Both the position numbers and the translations under genes were made by a program. From contig MU054032.1 in NCBI GenBank assembly GCA_013239625.1, positions 1-64,000 of the forward strand: DNA of 64,000 nt. The letters run 5' to 3'. Of this stretch, positions 62,940 to 64,000 are shown one piece after another. Source of the stretch: Lama guanicoe. Lineage: Eukaryota. The notes under the pieces were generated by a model, which was given only the letters and a program-made list of their open reading frames with translations, ran no database searches and was not told the DNA's origin. Position 1 is the first letter of the stretch; every line of letters starts with the position of its first letter.

Positions 62940-64000
62940 CTTTTATTTATTTGTTTATTTATTTATTTGGTGTTTAAATAATTAATGATTACCAACAGTG
63001 TGTTGATTACAAATGAGAGAGGTGCGAGAGGTGGTGAATTTTCTAAATGGGGCACTAGAATCTGCAGCCACAGGCCCCCATCAGCTACCAGGGCAGGCAG
63101 CTCCGTAATAAATAATGGATTTGGGGGCAAAGGGGCAGGGTTGTTCCTGCTTCTTCTTAACAGAAATCCCTTTCTTCCTTGCGGCCAGCAGCTCATGGAA
63201 GGGGCCTGCGCTCACAATTGCCTGAATGGATTTGATCCACTGGTCCTCCTCCTGCATGGGGGCCCGGGTCAGGTACACTTCAACCATCCAACCACCTGCC
63301 TCCATTTTGTAGCCTTTGATGAGCTGCCCCTTGGTGGAGACGTAAAGCTCAAAGCACTTCGGTTCCTGGGTGTCGTCTACTTCTCTGATGCTCAGATTCT
63401 TCAGGGGGATGATTCCTCCTGGCCCCTTGTCCATTGTGTACCCAAAACAGTACAAGCAGTTGTCCATGAGGATAAACCAGTGCTGCTTCCAAGTCTTCAT
63501 CTAGCCCCTCCCAGCGTAAGGAGCCTGCCCTCCAGATGCTGGCTGAAGAAGGCGTGGGTCAGATCATTCCCATCATCCTCAGGAATCTTGAAGGGCTCCT
63601 TTTGGGTGCAATCCTAGAGATTCCTGATCAGCTCCTCAGACAAGTCCTGCCCTCCTGGATGTGCTGGTTCATGGCCACAAAGTGCTCCAGGTCTGACTTG
63701 TCCCGGATGTTAGGATCCTGGGCAAAGGACAGCACATAGCATCTGTGGACTGGAAAGCCCCAGGCTTGTACAGGCATTATTGCTGGCTGAAGGCATCCAT
63801 CATCTTGTCTATCTTCTGGGCCTCTCCACAGAAATTGAGAGTCTGCAACAGGCATTCAGCTCCATAAAGGTGTGGGGCATTGCCAGGTTCAGCTCTTCCA
63901 TCTCCCCTCTGTAGTCCCCACGGCTGTCTTGTTCAGGATCTTGCCCTTGAACCGGAAACAGTAAGTGACCCCCTTGTGGGTGCACTGGGGAAGTTTGTTC
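62940..64000 (-). pseudogene. CYTH2: Processed pseudogene of cytohesin-2 (ARNO); continues beyond the window
   Basis: Minus-strand [18 protein letters not shown]..., KTWK.HWFIL.DNCLY..., [14 protein letters not shown]..., [16 protein letters not shown] correspond to the Sec7/PH/polybasic tail of CYTH2. Intronless with frameshifts; degraded poly(A) appears as a T-rich tract at 62940-62968. Confidence 0.92.

Noticed and set aside
62985..63617. 210-aa plus-strand ORF
   Set aside because: Antisense frame of the CYTH2 pseudogene.

Overview
Mammalian genomic DNA, most likely a camelid (inferred from the tRNA-derived SINE and L1 3'-end families). Two intact + strand genes can be reconstructed exon by exon. 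PRIM1 (DNA primase small subunit, 13 exons, 24509-39625, 419 aa) contains a U12-type AT-AC intron, a GC-AG intron and a 67-nt intron. NACA (exon 1 at ~42464, CDS 43369-54407, 215 aa) includes the 5229-nt muscle-specific skNAC cassette exon (46093-51321), which gives a 1958-aa isoform. Two processed pseudogenes lie on the - strand: a MAPK7/ERK5 C-terminal fragment embedded in a 5'-inverted L1 (7531-8768) and a CYTH2 retrocopy (62940 to window end). The rest is mostly L1, SINE, LTR and DNA-transposon debris. The most novel-looking signals are (i) a GC-rich block at 1081-2400 with CCAAT/GC/TATA boxes, a signal-peptide ORF with a furin-like site, and an AATAAA beyond an assembly gap, and (ii) the tail-less L1-MAPK7-L1 chimera. 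Both are hypotheses from sequence reading only; no database searches were run.
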